DNA of 64,000 nt from Candidatus Margulisiibacteriota bacterium (GTDB lineage Bacteria > Margulisbacteria > WOR-1 > O2-12-FULL-45-9 > XYB2-FULL-48-7): assembly GCA_018822365.1 (NCBI GenBank), contig JAHJKL010000042.1:1077-65076 (forward strand), read 5' to 3'. Under the pieces are notes generated by a model. The model was not told the DNA's origin. It did not search any database and saw nothing but the letters and a program-made list of their open reading frames with translations. Of the stretch, positions 30,088 through 39,609 are shown one piece after another; position 1 is the first letter of the stretch; each line of letters opens with the position of its first letter. The position numbers were made by a program, and so were the translations under genes.

Positions 30088-31689
30088 TTACTTTAACAGG
30101 TTCCCATCCAGGAACGATTTGAGCAGCAGATCGGTCGAATCAACCAAGCCGCATGAATCATATTCAGTTTTGTCATAATATTCAATTATCCGTTCGCGGT
30201 GTTCAAGCCCCAGGACCTTGCCAAGCTGGACCCCTTCCTGATCAAAGCTGTTTATCCCCCAGATAAAACCTTTCACCGCGGTCCGGTGTTCGGTCCAGGC
30301 GAGCAGGAGCCCGGCGGTGAAGGGGGTCAGCGCCTCAAGCAGTAGGGATGAAGAAGGCCGGTTTCCCGGGAAAACTTTGGCGGGATTGCTGTCATCCTTG
30401 CCAAAAGCCAGCGCATCCGGTTGGGCAAAGAAGTTGGTCATCAGCTCTTCATGATGCGTCACCCTGGTTGTGGGATCTTTATCATACTGGTACTGCGGGG
30501 TGATGAATCCAATAAAGTCGCACGGGACGATCTGCGTCCCCTGGTGAAGAAGCTGATAAAATGAATGCTGGCCGTTGGTCCCTGGTTCACCAAAAACTAT
30601 TTCGCCGGTGGCAAACTTCAATTTATTCCCGTCCAGGTCAACCGATTTGCCATTGCTTTCCATCTCCACCTGCTGGGTATGGGCAGCCAGTTTGGCCAAC
30701 CCCTGGGAATATGGCAAGAGAGCTCGGGTTTTGAAGCCCAGGAAGTTGATGTTCCAAATATCGAGCAGGGCAGAAAGGATGGGAATATTCTTTTCGATCG
30801 GGGCATTAAGAAAGTGGGTATCCAGCCAAAAGGCCCCTTCAAGTATGTATTGAACATTTTCAAAGCCGAGGTAAAGAGAAAGAGGGAGAAGCCCGACCGC
30901 GGAAGTCGCGCTGAAACGGCCGCCGACCCAATCCCAAAAGCCGAACATGTTGGCCGGATCAATCCCGAATGTTTCAACCTTATCTTTAGCGGTGGAGACC
31001 GCGACAAAATGCTTCTTGATCGATTCGGGATGATCTTTTAAGCCGGCCAGGACCCATTTTTTGGCGGTCCGGGCGTTATGCATCGTTTCCGCGGTCGTAA
31101 ATGTTTTAGAAACAACGATCACCATGGTCTCTTCAGGATCAAGCCCGGAGATCTTTTCCTCAAAATCGGTCCCGTCAATATTAGCAATAAAAAGCAAATT
31201 CATCCCTGGCTGAGCGTAGGGGCGCAGGGCGACGGCCAGGTATTCTGGCCCCAGGTATGAGCCGCCGATCCCGATCGAAACAATGTTCCTCAGTTTTTTT
31301 CCGGTCACACCGGTCCGCGCGCCGGAAAGGATCTCACCAGAGAATTGTTCGATCTTCTTCAGGACCGCAGCTACCTCCGGCATGACATCCTTTCGGTTGC
31401 GCAGGGCCACGTGAAGGACTCCTCGGTTTTCGGTCCTATTGATCTTTTCCCCGGAAAACATCGCCTGGATCTTGCCGGACAAGTTTTGTTCTGTGGCAAG
31501 AGAGGCTAGGAGTTGAACGGTTTCTTCGGTCACCCTCTGGCGGGAAAAATCATAATAGAGATGTTCGGTCCTGACCGAAAACTTGTGCCCGCGACGCGGA
31601 TCAGCGTCAAAAAGCTCGCGCAGATGCTTTTGTCCAATCTCCTTATAATGCTTCGCCAGTTTTTTATAAGCTTTGGCTTGGTTGAACAT
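30088..31689 (-). CDS. pgi: Glucose-6-phosphate isomerase
   Basis: GIGGSYLGP, SKTFTTAET, DWVGGRFS, MESNGK and FDQEGVQLGK. Confidence 0.97.
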   Translation of the reverse strand: MFNQAKAYKKLAKHYKEIGQKHLRELFDADPRRGHKFSVRTEHLYYDFSRQRVTEETVQLLASLATEQNLSGKIQAMFSGEKINRTENRGVLHVALRNRKDVMPEVAAVLKKIEQFSGEILSGARTGVTGKKLRNIVSIGIGGSYLGPEYLAVALRPYAQPGMNLLFIANIDGTDFEEKISGLDPEETMVIVVSKTFTTAETMHNARTAKKWVLAGLKDHPESIKKHFVAVSTAKDKVETFGIDPANMFGFWDWVGGRFSATSAVGLLPLSLYLGFENVQYILEGAFWLDTHFLNAPIEKNIPILSALLDIWNINFLGFKTRALLPYSQGLAKLAAHTQQVEMESNGKSVDLDGNKLKFATGEIVFGEPGTNGQHSFYQLLHQGTQIVPCDFIGFITPQYQYDKDPTTRVTHHEELMTNFFAQPDALAFGKDDSNPAKVFPGNRPSSSLLLEALTPFTAGLLLAWTEHRTAVKGFIWGINSFDQEGVQLGKVLGLEHRERIIEYYDKTEYDSCGLVDSTDLLLKSFLDGNLLK

Positions 31690-31691
31690 AT

Positions 31692-33341
31692 TTATACTCC
31701 TATTTTATTGAAAGCATTCGAAACAATCTGCTTCGCTTCTTCAAAGATCTTATTAAGATGGTCGGCTCCCAAAAAACTTTCAGCGTAGAGCTTGTAAATA
31801 TCTTCGGTCCCGGAGGGACGAGCGGCAAACCAGCCATTCTCGGTCGTCACCTTGAGACCGCCGATCTCGGCATTGTTCCCCGGCGCGCGGGTCAGTTTGG
31901 CGGTGATCGGCTCGCCGGCCAAAGTAGTGGCGGTCACCAGCTCCGGTGATAACTTCTGTAAAATCACTTTTTGCCTGGCATCGGCCGGGGCATCGATCCG
32001 CTCGTAGACCGGCGCGCCAAAGAGGGCGGTCAGTTCCTGGTAATGGACTCCCGGGTCTTTGCCGGTTACAGCTAGGATCTCGGCCGCCAGCAGGTCCATA
32101 ATAAAGCCATCTTTATCGGTCGTCCAAACGGTCCCATCCTGGCGGAGGAACGAGGCGCCGGCGCTCTCTTCACCCCCAAAGCCAAAACTACCTTTGAGCA
32201 ACCCCTCAACAAACCACTTGAACCCGACCGGAACCTCCATCAGTGGGCGACCCATTTTATTCGCCACCCGGTCGATCAGGCTACTGCTGACCAAGGTTTT
32301 GCCGATCGCTGCGGCCGCCAGCCACTTTGGCCGATGTTGGAAGAGGTACCAAATCGCCACCGCCAGGTAGTGGTTCGGGTTCATCAATCCGGAGGAGGGG
32401 GTGACGATTCCATGTCGGTCAAAATCGGTGTCATTGCCAAAAGCAATGTCATATTTATCTTTTAGTTTTACCAGGCTAGCCATCGCGTAAGGAGACGAAC
32501 AATCCATCCGAATTTTTCCATCACGGTCAACGGTCATAAAACTAAATGATTTGTCTACCTCCTGGTTGACGACCTCGATCTTCAGTCCATACTTTTCAGC
32601 GATCGGACGCCAATAATTAACACCAGCGCCCCCCATCGGGTCGGCCCCAATTGAGAGGTCGGATGCTTTGATCGCTTCCATATTAATGATGTTTCCCAGG
32701 TCATTTACATATGGGGTGATGAAATCATAAAGCCGTGTAGTCGAAGTTTTAATAGCCGTTTCATAGGCAAGGCGCTTAACATTCCGGTTCTTTTTCTGAA
32801 GGTGATCATTTGCCCGTTCCTCGATCCATTTCGTCACCTTGGTATCGGCCGGTCCGCCATGGGTCGGATTGTACTTGAAGCCGCCATCTTGCGGCGGGTT
32901 GTGAGAAGGGGTAATAACAATGCCGTCAGCCAGCAAGGTCCTTTTCCCCCGATTATATTTCAAAATTGCATGGGAGATGACCGGGGTCGGGGTATAACCG
33001 TCATTTTCCTGAATAAAGACCGCGACTCCATTGGCCGATAAGACTTCAAGGGTGGTTCTTTGGGCCGGATCAGACAGAGCGTGGGTATCTTTTCCAATAT
33101 ATAGAGGCCCGTTAATCCCGTTTTCCTGCCGGTAATCGCAGATTGCCTGAGTCACGGCCAAAATATGATCTTCATTAAAACTGTTCTTCAGCGAGGAACC
33201 ACGGTGTCCAGAGGTCCCAAAAGCAACCCTTTGTGATGGATCATTTGGCTCCGGGTGATCGGAGTAATATCGCTCGACCAGTTTATCGGGATCGACCAGG
33301 ATCGAAGCGGGAGCTTTTTTACCGGCTAATGGACTTAACAT
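31692..33341 (-). CDS. pgm: Phosphoglucomutase (glucose-1,6-bisphosphate-dependent)
   Basis: [23 protein letters not shown] and RPSGTE. Confidence 0.96.
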   Translation of the reverse strand: MLSPLAGKKAPASILVDPDKLVERYYSDHPEPNDPSQRVAFGTSGHRGSSLKNSFNEDHILAVTQAICDYRQENGINGPLYIGKDTHALSDPAQRTTLEVLSANGVAVFIQENDGYTPTPVISHAILKYNRGKRTLLADGIVITPSHNPPQDGGFKYNPTHGGPADTKVTKWIEERANDHLQKKNRNVKRLAYETAIKTSTTRLYDFITPYVNDLGNIINMEAIKASDLSIGADPMGGAGVNYWRPIAEKYGLKIEVVNQEVDKSFSFMTVDRDGKIRMDCSSPYAMASLVKLKDKYDIAFGNDTDFDRHGIVTPSSGLMNPNHYLAVAIWYLFQHRPKWLAAAAIGKTLVSSSLIDRVANKMGRPLMEVPVGFKWFVEGLLKGSFGFGGEESAGASFLRQDGTVWTTDKDGFIMDLLAAEILAVTGKDPGVHYQELTALFGAPVYERIDAPADARQKVILQKLSPELVTATTLAGEPITAKLTRAPGNNAEIGGLKVTTENGWFAARPSGTEDIYKLYAESFLGADHLNKIFEEAKQIVSNAFNKIGV

Positions 33342-33472
33342 ATTGGCCTATTATACCAATAACCAGGATTTTCAGCTATAATGATTATTATCATGAAAGG
33401 TCAAATGCCGAGGACAAAAGCGCCTAAACTTATCCAGAGGCCGACTAAGCCGATCATTAAGGAGAAAAAACC

Positions 33473-34201
33473 GTGGGCGAAACCGTCAACTTTTCAGGGA
33501 TCAAAGTAGACAACGTCACGCTGGCGGAAGCGGTCGCCAGGGTTGAAAGCCTGATCGCCGCCGGTAAGCCAAGTCTGGTCGTTACCCCGAACCCGGAAAT
33601 GATCGTCGCCGCACAGGAAGACGTGGAACTGCGCGCCCTCATCAACGGCGCCGACCTTCGCGTCCCGGACGGGATCAGCATGGTGGTCGTAAAAAAGATC
33701 CTGGGCGACCCCTTAAAAGAACGGGTTTCCGGAATCGACCTTATGCAACAACTTTTAATGGTTTCAGCCAGTAAAGGGTACAAAGTTTTCTTTTTCGGCA
33801 GTTCTCCGGGGATCGCTGAAGCGGCCGCCGTTCAAGCGGCTAAGAATTATCCCGGCCTAAAAGTTGTCGGCTCTCAACATGGTTATTTTCGACAGGAAGA
33901 GGAGGCCAAGATCATCGAAAAGATAAAGGGCGCCAAACCAGACCTTCTGTTTGTCGGCCTTGGCGCCGGCCGTCAGGAAAAATGGCTTGCCGCCAACCTA
34001 ACATTGTTAGGGACACCGGTCGGGATGGGTATCGGCGGGAGTCTCGACGCCATTTCAGGAAAAGTAAAACGAGCCCCGGTTCTGGCGCAGAAGTTATATA
34101 TCGAATGGCTCTACCGCCTGCTTCAGCAGCCGTGGCGCTGGCGGCGGCAGATCGCTTTGATCAGGTTCCTGATCCTGATGTTTTTCCCAAGGAAAAAATG
34201 A
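33473..34201 (+). CDS. WecB/TagA/CpsF family glycosyltransferase
   Basis: TPNPE, PDG, ERVSGIDL, QEKW, GIGGSLD, RAP and EWLYRL. Confidence 0.93.
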   Translation: MGETVNFSGIKVDNVTLAEAVARVESLIAAGKPSLVVTPNPEMIVAAQEDVELRALINGADLRVPDGISMVVVKKILGDPLKERVSGIDLMQQLLMVSASKGYKVFFFGSSPGIAEAAAVQAAKNYPGLKVVGSQHGYFRQEEEAKIIEKIKGAKPDLLFVGLGAGRQEKWLAANLTLLGTPVGMGIGGSLDAISGKVKRAPVLAQKLYIEWLYRLLQQPWRWRRQIALIRFLILMFFPRKK

Positions 34202-35994
34202 CAGATTTCCTACCGACCGGCAAACACGACCTGCGCAAGCGGGGGATCGAACAGCTGGACATTATCCTGGTCAGCGGCGACGCGTACATCGACCATCCCA
34301 GCTTTGGTCCGGTCCTGATCGCCAGATACCTGGAAGCGCACGGCTTCAAGGTAGGGGTCATCGCCCAGCCTGATTGGAACAAAGACGACGACTTCATGAA
34401 GCTCGGCGCGCCGCGGCTTTTCTTCGGCGTCTCCTCCGGCAACCTTGATTCGATGGTCGCCAACTACACCGCCGACAACAAGATCCGCCGGACCGACATG
34501 TACACTCCGGGAAATGCCGGCGGCAAACGGCCGAACCGGGCGACGATAGTTTACACCAGTAAACTAAAAGGGCTCTTTCCCGGCGTTCCGGTCGTCCTTG
34601 GCGGAGTGGAAGCCAGTCTCCGCCGTTTCGCCCATTACGACTACTGGGACGATAAAGTCAGGCGCTCTTTGATCTTTGACACCAAAGCCGACTACCTGAC
34701 TTACGGTATGAGCGAGAAAGGGATACTAGGGATTGCTCAACAAATCCAAGCCTCTTTGGAACCTGCGACTGAACGTCGCGGTTCCATAACCGAGGCGTTC
34801 AGCCTCGGTTCACATCATTTGCATGAAATTCCCAACACCGCCATTGTTGTTAAAGATATCTCCAAATATAAAGGCCCGCTAATCCTGCCAAGCTATGAAG
34901 AGGTCGCGGCGGATAAAAATAAATACGCCGAGGCTTTTAAGCTCTATTATCTTGAGGGACGCAAAAAACATCCCAGGATAATTATCCAGCCGTGCCAGGG
35001 GAGATACCTGGTGGTTTTCCCGCCGCAAAACCTGACCGGTCAAGAACTGGACGCGCTAATGGAATTGCCATTTGTCAGGGCGCCGCATCCTTCATATAAA
35101 GAAAAGATCCCGGCCTGGGACTTTGTTAAGTTTTCGACCGTTTCCCACCGCGGTTGTTTCGGCGGCTGTTCTTTCTGCGCCATCTCCCAGCATCAGGGGA
35201 AATATATCACCAGCCGCTCCGGCGAATCGATCAAGCGTGAAATTACTAACACCATTATGAAACAGCCCGATTTTACCGGCAACATCCTCGACGTTGGCGG
35301 TCCGACCGCCAACATGTACGGGATGTCTTGTAAAAAAGAAGAGGGGTGCCCCCGGGCAAGCTGTATTTATCCCAATGTCTGTCCGCATCTCGACGCCTCG
35401 CTCAAGCCGGCGCTAAGTCTCTTGCGGACGATCCGCCAGATCCCCGGAGTAAAAAAACTCTATATTGGCTCAGGTATCCGCTATGACCTCGCCCTGTTAG
35501 ACGACGAATATATCAGCGAGATCGCCAAACACCACGTTGGCGGCCAGTTAAGCGTCGCGCCCGAGCATGTTTGTGAAGAGGTCCTGTTAATGATGGGAAA
35601 ACCGAAGATCAATAAGTTTCTTGAGTTCAAAGAAAAATTCGACGCGGCCAACCGCCGCCATAATAAAGAGCAGTTCCTGATCCCATACTTTATATCGTCA
35701 CACCCGGGGAGCACGCTGAACCACGCGCTGGAACTGGCGCTTTTTCTGGAGAAGCATAACATCAGGATCGAGCAGGTCCAAAACTTTACCCCATCACCGA
35801 TGACCGTTTCAACCTGTATGTATTACACCGGGATCGATCCGTTCACCGGCAAAGCGGTCCATATTCCCAAAGGTGAGGAGCGGACTTTGCAAAAGGCTCT
35901 ATTGCAACCACATCAGGAAAAGAACCGGCTGAAAGTCGGCAAAGCGCTAAGGATCCTGGGGAAGAACAAGTACTTTAACGAATTGACTAGTTGA
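34198..35994 (+). CDS. ygiQ: YgiQ family radical SAM protein
   Basis: GDAYIDHPSFG, GGVEASLRR.AHYDYW, GCFGGCSFC and PYFISSHPG; start moved to MTDFLP. Confidence 0.93.
   Translation: MTDFLPTGKHDLRKRGIEQLDIILVSGDAYIDHPSFGPVLIARYLEAHGFKVGVIAQPDWNKDDDFMKLGAPRLFFGVSSGNLDSMVANYTADNKIRRTDMYTPGNAGGKRPNRATIVYTSKLKGLFPGVPVVLGGVEASLRRFAHYDYWDDKVRRSLIFDTKADYLTYGMSEKGILGIAQQIQASLEPATERRGSITEAFSLGSHHLHEIPNTAIVVKDISKYKGPLILPSYEEVAADKNKYAEAFKLYYLEGRKKHPRIIIQPCQGRYLVVFPPQNLTGQELDALMELPFVRAPHPSYKEKIPAWDFVKFSTVSHRGCFGGCSFCAISQHQGKYITSRSGESIKREITNTIMKQPDFTGNILDVGGPTANMYGMSCKKEEGCPRASCIYPNVCPHLDASLKPALSLLRTIRQIPGVKKLYIGSGIRYDLALLDDEYISEIAKHHVGGQLSVAPEHVCEEVLLMMGKPKINKFLEFKEKFDAANRRHNKEQFLIPYFISSHPGSTLNHALELALFLEKHNIRIEQVQNFTPSPMTVSTCMYYTGIDPFTGKAVHIPKGEERTLQKALLQPHQEKNRLKVGKALRILGKNKYFNELTS
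34757..34810. repeat. Inverted pair of family-A hairpins (54 bp) inside the ygiQ reading frame
   Basis: TGGAACCTGCGAC-TGAAC-GTCGCGGTTCCA followed by AACCGAGGC-GTTCA-GCCTCGGTT. Confidence 0.85.
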
Positions 35995-36004
35995 GTCATT
36001 GCTC

Positions 36005-36028
36005 AACCGCGCATTTAAATGCGCGGTT
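36005..36028. repeat. Perfect palindrome AACCGCGCATTTAAATGCGCGGTT (family B)
   Basis: Read directly; just after the ygiQ stop. Confidence 0.9.
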
Positions 36029-36068
36029 ATATTTGAAAATGAAAATTGGTATGCTATTATTCCATTGA

Positions 36069-36134
36069 AAATGTAGGGCAAGGCCTTGTGCCTTGCCGAA
36101 TAAACGGACAGCCACAAGGGCTGTCCCTACATTT
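36069..36134. repeat. GTAG-type REP doublet (REPIN-like)
   Basis: AAATGTAGGGCAAGGCCTTGTGCCTTGCC...GGACAGCCACAAGGGCTGTCCCTACATTT: two hairpins, each with a 5' GTAG, in inverted orientation. Confidence 0.85.
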
Positions 36135-36152
36135 GTCCCAAAGAGGTGGACC

Positions 36153-36677
36153 ATGAAAAAGAAAACTAAAAAAAGCCCTAAAAAATCGGCCGCGAAAAAG
36201 AAAATCACAAAAAAAACCGTTAAACCAAAAGGGCCAAAGGTTATTGGGAAGATCATTCACATTTATGACAAAATATCCGTTGCGATAATTAAAGTCCAGT
36301 CACCCCTCAAAGTCGGCGATTATATCCAGATCAAGGGGAAAACCACCGATTTCAAGCAAAAAGTCGACTCGATCCAGATCAACCATAAAAATGTACCAAT
36401 GGTCAATAAAGGAGCGGAGATCGGCTTAAAGGTAGGGAGCCAGGTCAGGGAAAATGATATTGTCTACGCCGCCGAACCAGAAACGCATCTTACTGTTCAG
36501 CCGGCTTCTCAACTCCCAATGACAACGATCAAACCAATCAGTTTTCAACAACCAAAACCCGGTTTTATAGCAAAACCCGCAGTATCGCCAAAGCCAACAG
36601 AACAATCCAAGCCTGTCATGCCACCACCAACAAAACCGAATAATCCTTACGACAGTACGAAGTTCTTGAAGTTTTAA
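36153..36677 (+). CDS. Hypothetical protein: Lys-rich N-tail, EF-Tu domain II-like barrel, Pro-rich C-tail
   Basis: IGKIIHIYDKISVA...LKVGD.I.IKG.TTDF.Q.V.SIQ...G.EIGLKV...VREND.VY; GAGGTGG RBS. Confidence 0.75.
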   Translation: MKKKTKKSPKKSAAKKKITKKTVKPKGPKVIGKIIHIYDKISVAIIKVQSPLKVGDYIQIKGKTTDFKQKVDSIQINHKNVPMVNKGAEIGLKVGSQVRENDIVYAAEPETHLTVQPASQLPMTTIKPISFQQPKPGFIAKPAVSPKPTEQSKPVMPPPTKPNNPYDSTKFLKF

Positions 36678-37180
36678 GATAGGGCGGTAGCGATCGCAGA
36701 TCCGAAACGCCTTGCGTTCTCCGGGCCATCGGCAGTAATTATCTTTCCGTCAACTTCCAACCCCTTGGCGCCATATATTGCGCCGGCTTTTTTCAACCGT
36801 TCCGCTTCACCAGGAAAAACTGTCGCTCTGATCCCCTTTAGTATCCCGGCGATCGCCAGGATCGCCGCGGCAGAACAGATCCCGGCGGTCACTTTGCCGG
36901 CGGAGTGAAAATCGCGGACCAGCTGTTGGACCTGCCGGTCATCATAATAATCATAACAACCTGGGCCACCAACCAGGACTAAGGCCTCATAGTCGCCGAC
37001 TGCGACATCCTTGACAATTTTATCAATATTCACTTTCAAGCCTAATTTACCGGTTGCCGTGCCAGTGCCGGAAGAGGCGACAGTCACCAAGATGCCGTTT
37101 TTCTCCAGCTCTTCTCTGGGCTGCTGATACTCTTCGTCGCGAAAGCCATTAAAAGCGATGATAAAGATAACTTTTTTCAT
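36674..37180 (-). CDS. DJ-1/PfpI family protein
   Basis: FRDEE, VGGPG, GICSA and IITADGP; start moved to MKKVIF. Confidence 0.9.
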   Translation of the reverse strand: MKKVIFIIAFNGFRDEEYQQPREELEKNGILVTVASSGTGTATGKLGLKVNIDKIVKDVAVGDYEALVLVGGPGCYDYYDDRQVQQLVRDFHSAGKVTAGICSAAAILAIAGILKGIRATVFPGEAERLKKAGAIYGAKGLEVDGKIITADGPENARRFGSAIATALS

Positions 37181-37188
37181 GATTATTA

Positions 37189-37351
37189 AACCCTCATCCA
37201 AGTTAAACCAAACAAATACGTCTTCTTTACAACCTTCTCCCAAAGGGAGAAGGAGTGGAACTGCTCATCAACAAACTCTCAACTCCCTCTCCCCCTGGGA
37301 GAGGGTTGTTAAGCACCAACTAAACAAACGGTTCTCACTCGGGTGAGGGTT
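37189..37351. repeat. Inverted pair of CCCTCACCC..CCCTCTCCC-NNN-GGGAGAGGG-type palindromic elements
   Basis: CCTTCTCCCAAAGGGAGAAGG and CCCTCTCCCCCTGGGAGAGGG hairpins with outer CCCTCATCC / GGGTGAGGG arms. Confidence 0.8.
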
Positions 37352-37353
37352 AA

Positions 37354-38478
37354 TTACTTCTCTATCTTTGATCTAAAATCAAGCAGCCGCATGATATCCC
37401 GCTGGGAGAGGATCCCGACCAGTTTACCTTTTTCAATCACCAGCAGGCGGCCAAACTCGTTGTTGGCCATTTTGTTAAGGCATTCAGTGATCTCCGCCTC
37501 TTCATCTATGACCAGTGCGTCGCTTATCGGGATCATAACTTCCCGGACAGTATGCTTAGCCCAATCATCTTGATTGATCTCTTTGATCAAGTGAACGGTC
37601 GCGATCCCAAGTAAATTGTCGTCTTCGATAACCGGAAAAGAGATGTAACGCTGTTTAAGAAAATACTCATTGACCAGTCGGTCGACCGGCAGGGTCGGGG
37701 GAACAGTTATCAGGTCCCGGCTCATCAGGTTTTTTGCTTTGACTCCGGTCAGAAAACGGCGCATCAAGACCTGCCTATAGCTAGCTTCAGCCGACTCCTG
37801 CAGGAAATAGCCGATAAACACAAACCAGATCCCATTGATGAACAGTCCGGAAAACAGGAGGAACAACCCGTATGACATCAGAAAAAAAGCGATCGCCCGG
37901 CCAAACCCGCTGGCGATCATTGTCGCTTTTCTTATGTTTCCTAATATTTGCCATAGTATAGAACGCATGACCCGTCCACCATCAAGGGGAAAACCAGGGA
38001 CCAGGTTAAAGATCCCAACCATCAAATTGACTATAAAAAGGTAGTTGGTCATTGAGATCACGTAGGCGGGAGAGCGGAAGCTGAGCAACGCCTGGGTCAC
38101 GAAGAAAAACGAGAGACCAAGCGCAAAGCTCATTATCGGACCGGCGATCGCCATTTTAAACTCGACCCATGGAGTGTCCGGCTCTTTTGCCAAATGGGCG
38201 ATCCCGCCAAAAATAAAAAGTGTAATCCCGTGGATCGGCAGGTCGTTGTGCATGGCGACCAGCGAATGGGAAAATTCATGCGCCAACAGGGAGGCAAACA
38301 GCAAGAGAGCGGAAATGACCGCCATTAGCAGATAAACCGCGTAGGGGAGGCCGGGGTCGGTCAAAGGAAAATATCCGCTAGCCAAGGTAAAGACGACCAG
38401 TCCCAAAATAATGAACCAGGAAAAATTAATTTCCACCGGGATATCGAACAGCGTTAATATTTTAATTGATCTTTTCAT
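37354..38478 (-). CDS. Site-2 (M50) protease with a CBS pair
   Basis: HEFSH, AGP and FNLVPGFPLDGGR; C-terminal CBS domains. Confidence 0.93.
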   Translation of the reverse strand: MKRSIKILTLFDIPVEINFSWFIILGLVVFTLASGYFPLTDPGLPYAVYLLMAVISALLLFASLLAHEFSHSLVAMHNDLPIHGITLFIFGGIAHLAKEPDTPWVEFKMAIAGPIMSFALGLSFFFVTQALLSFRSPAYVISMTNYLFIVNLMVGIFNLVPGFPLDGGRVMRSILWQILGNIRKATMIASGFGRAIAFFLMSYGLFLLFSGLFINGIWFVFIGYFLQESAEASYRQVLMRRFLTGVKAKNLMSRDLITVPPTLPVDRLVNEYFLKQRYISFPVIEDDNLLGIATVHLIKEINQDDWAKHTVREVMIPISDALVIDEEAEITECLNKMANNEFGRLLVIEKGKLVGILSQRDIMRLLDFRSKIEK

Positions 38479-38716
38479 ATGTAAATGCATCAATGATGCT
38501 ATAAACCCACAGCAGGATCCCCACGATCGAACCGATCCCTAGGACGATCAGAGTCAGCAGGCCGCTGACCAGCAGGGCCGAATATACCGCTGCCGGAAAA
38601 ACAAAATAAAAGGCAAGCATCAGCTTCAACCCCTTCCTCTTTTCCCCGCGAATTACCTGGCCAAGCCCGACGACCATAAATGAGGCGAGAGCGGCGATCA
38701 GCCTTGACCTGCTCAT
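38462..38716 (-). CDS. Small membrane protein
   Basis: AALAS....GLGQ...G...KG pattern; hydrophobic; overlaps both neighbours. Confidence 0.7.
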   Translation of the reverse strand: MSRSRLIAALASFMVVGLGQVIRGEKRKGLKLMLAFYFVFPAAVYSALLVSGLLTLIVLGIGSIVGILLWVYSIIDAFTYEKIN

Positions 38717-39609
38717 TTGAATTCCTTAACAATGCTTTCCAGATTGTTCCGGTCCATGACCAGGGCCGAACCGATCCCCGGTACATCTTGCGGCTCGCCC
38801 GAAGCGGTAAAAGTTTTTATATCTGCCGATCCCAGCATCCTGGTAAAATTAAGCAGTCGAATGATCGAGTTTAGCCTCATATTGGTATGGATGTGCTGGC
38901 GGGCGATCTCCAAACCGATCGGCGCTTTGAGAATATTTTCCGGGCGGGCAAATTCCTTGAAGATCGCCAGCATAAATCTCTGCTGGCGCGAGATCCTGGT
39001 CAGGTCCCCATAAGTATCGTGTCGAAAACGGAGAAAACCTTCCGCGTCCCTGCCGGAAAGCCGCTGCTGGCCTTGCTTCAGATTAATGTAAAGTTTTTGC
39101 GCGTTATCGGTGTAGTACATATCTTTGTCGACATAAACATTAACCCCGCCAAGCAGGTCGACCAGGGCGACGGCCGCCGCCGCATTGACAAATATATGCT
39201 TATCAATACGCAGTCCGGTCAGCTTAAAAAGTGTTTCTTTGACCAGGCCGGTCCCTCCGTAAACGTTGGCGGCATTGATCTTCTGAGAACCATAACCGGG
39301 GATCTCGACCAAAGTATCGCGGGGAATAGAGAGGAGGCTTAGTTTATAGTTAACCGGATCGATCCTGGCAATAATGATCGTATCGGTCCGGCCGTTCATG
39401 TCCATGATCCTTTGCCCGGTAAAACGGTCGTAATTCATGTCTATACCAAGGATCAATATATTGGTCGGAACCCTGACCGACCCGATCCTTAAAAAAACCG
39501 GGACCAGGTGTGGGGAAAAGATATTCAAATAAAAGTAGAGGATCCCGCCGATCAAGGTCAGCAGGGCGAGCAGACGCGTTCGATTGTTGGGTTTCTTTGG
39601 CTTATCCAT
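38713..39609 (-). CDS. LCP (LytR-CpsA-Psr) family protein
   Basis: NILILGID, RTDTI, SIPRDT, KINAA and RFRHD..GD..R..RQQ. Confidence 0.93.
   Translation of the reverse strand: MDKPKKPNNRTRLLALLTLIGGILYFYLNIFSPHLVPVFLRIGSVRVPTNILILGIDMNYDRFTGQRIMDMNGRTDTIIIARIDPVNYKLSLLSIPRDTLVEIPGYGSQKINAANVYGGTGLVKETLFKLTGLRIDKHIFVNAAAAVALVDLLGGVNVYVDKDMYYTDNAQKLYINLKQGQQRLSGRDAEGFLRFRHDTYGDLTRISRQQRFMLAIFKEFARPENILKAPIGLEIARQHIHTNMRLNSIIRLLNFTRMLGSADIKTFTASGEPQDVPGIGSALVMDRNNLESIVKEFK

Noticed and set aside
33982..34197. N-terminal extensions in the ORF track (ygiQ; also 12755, 17917, 36093, 37243, 40919, 51319, 54786)
   Set aside because: They overlap upstream genes or repeats, and the conserved domains, RBSs or promoters point to later starts.
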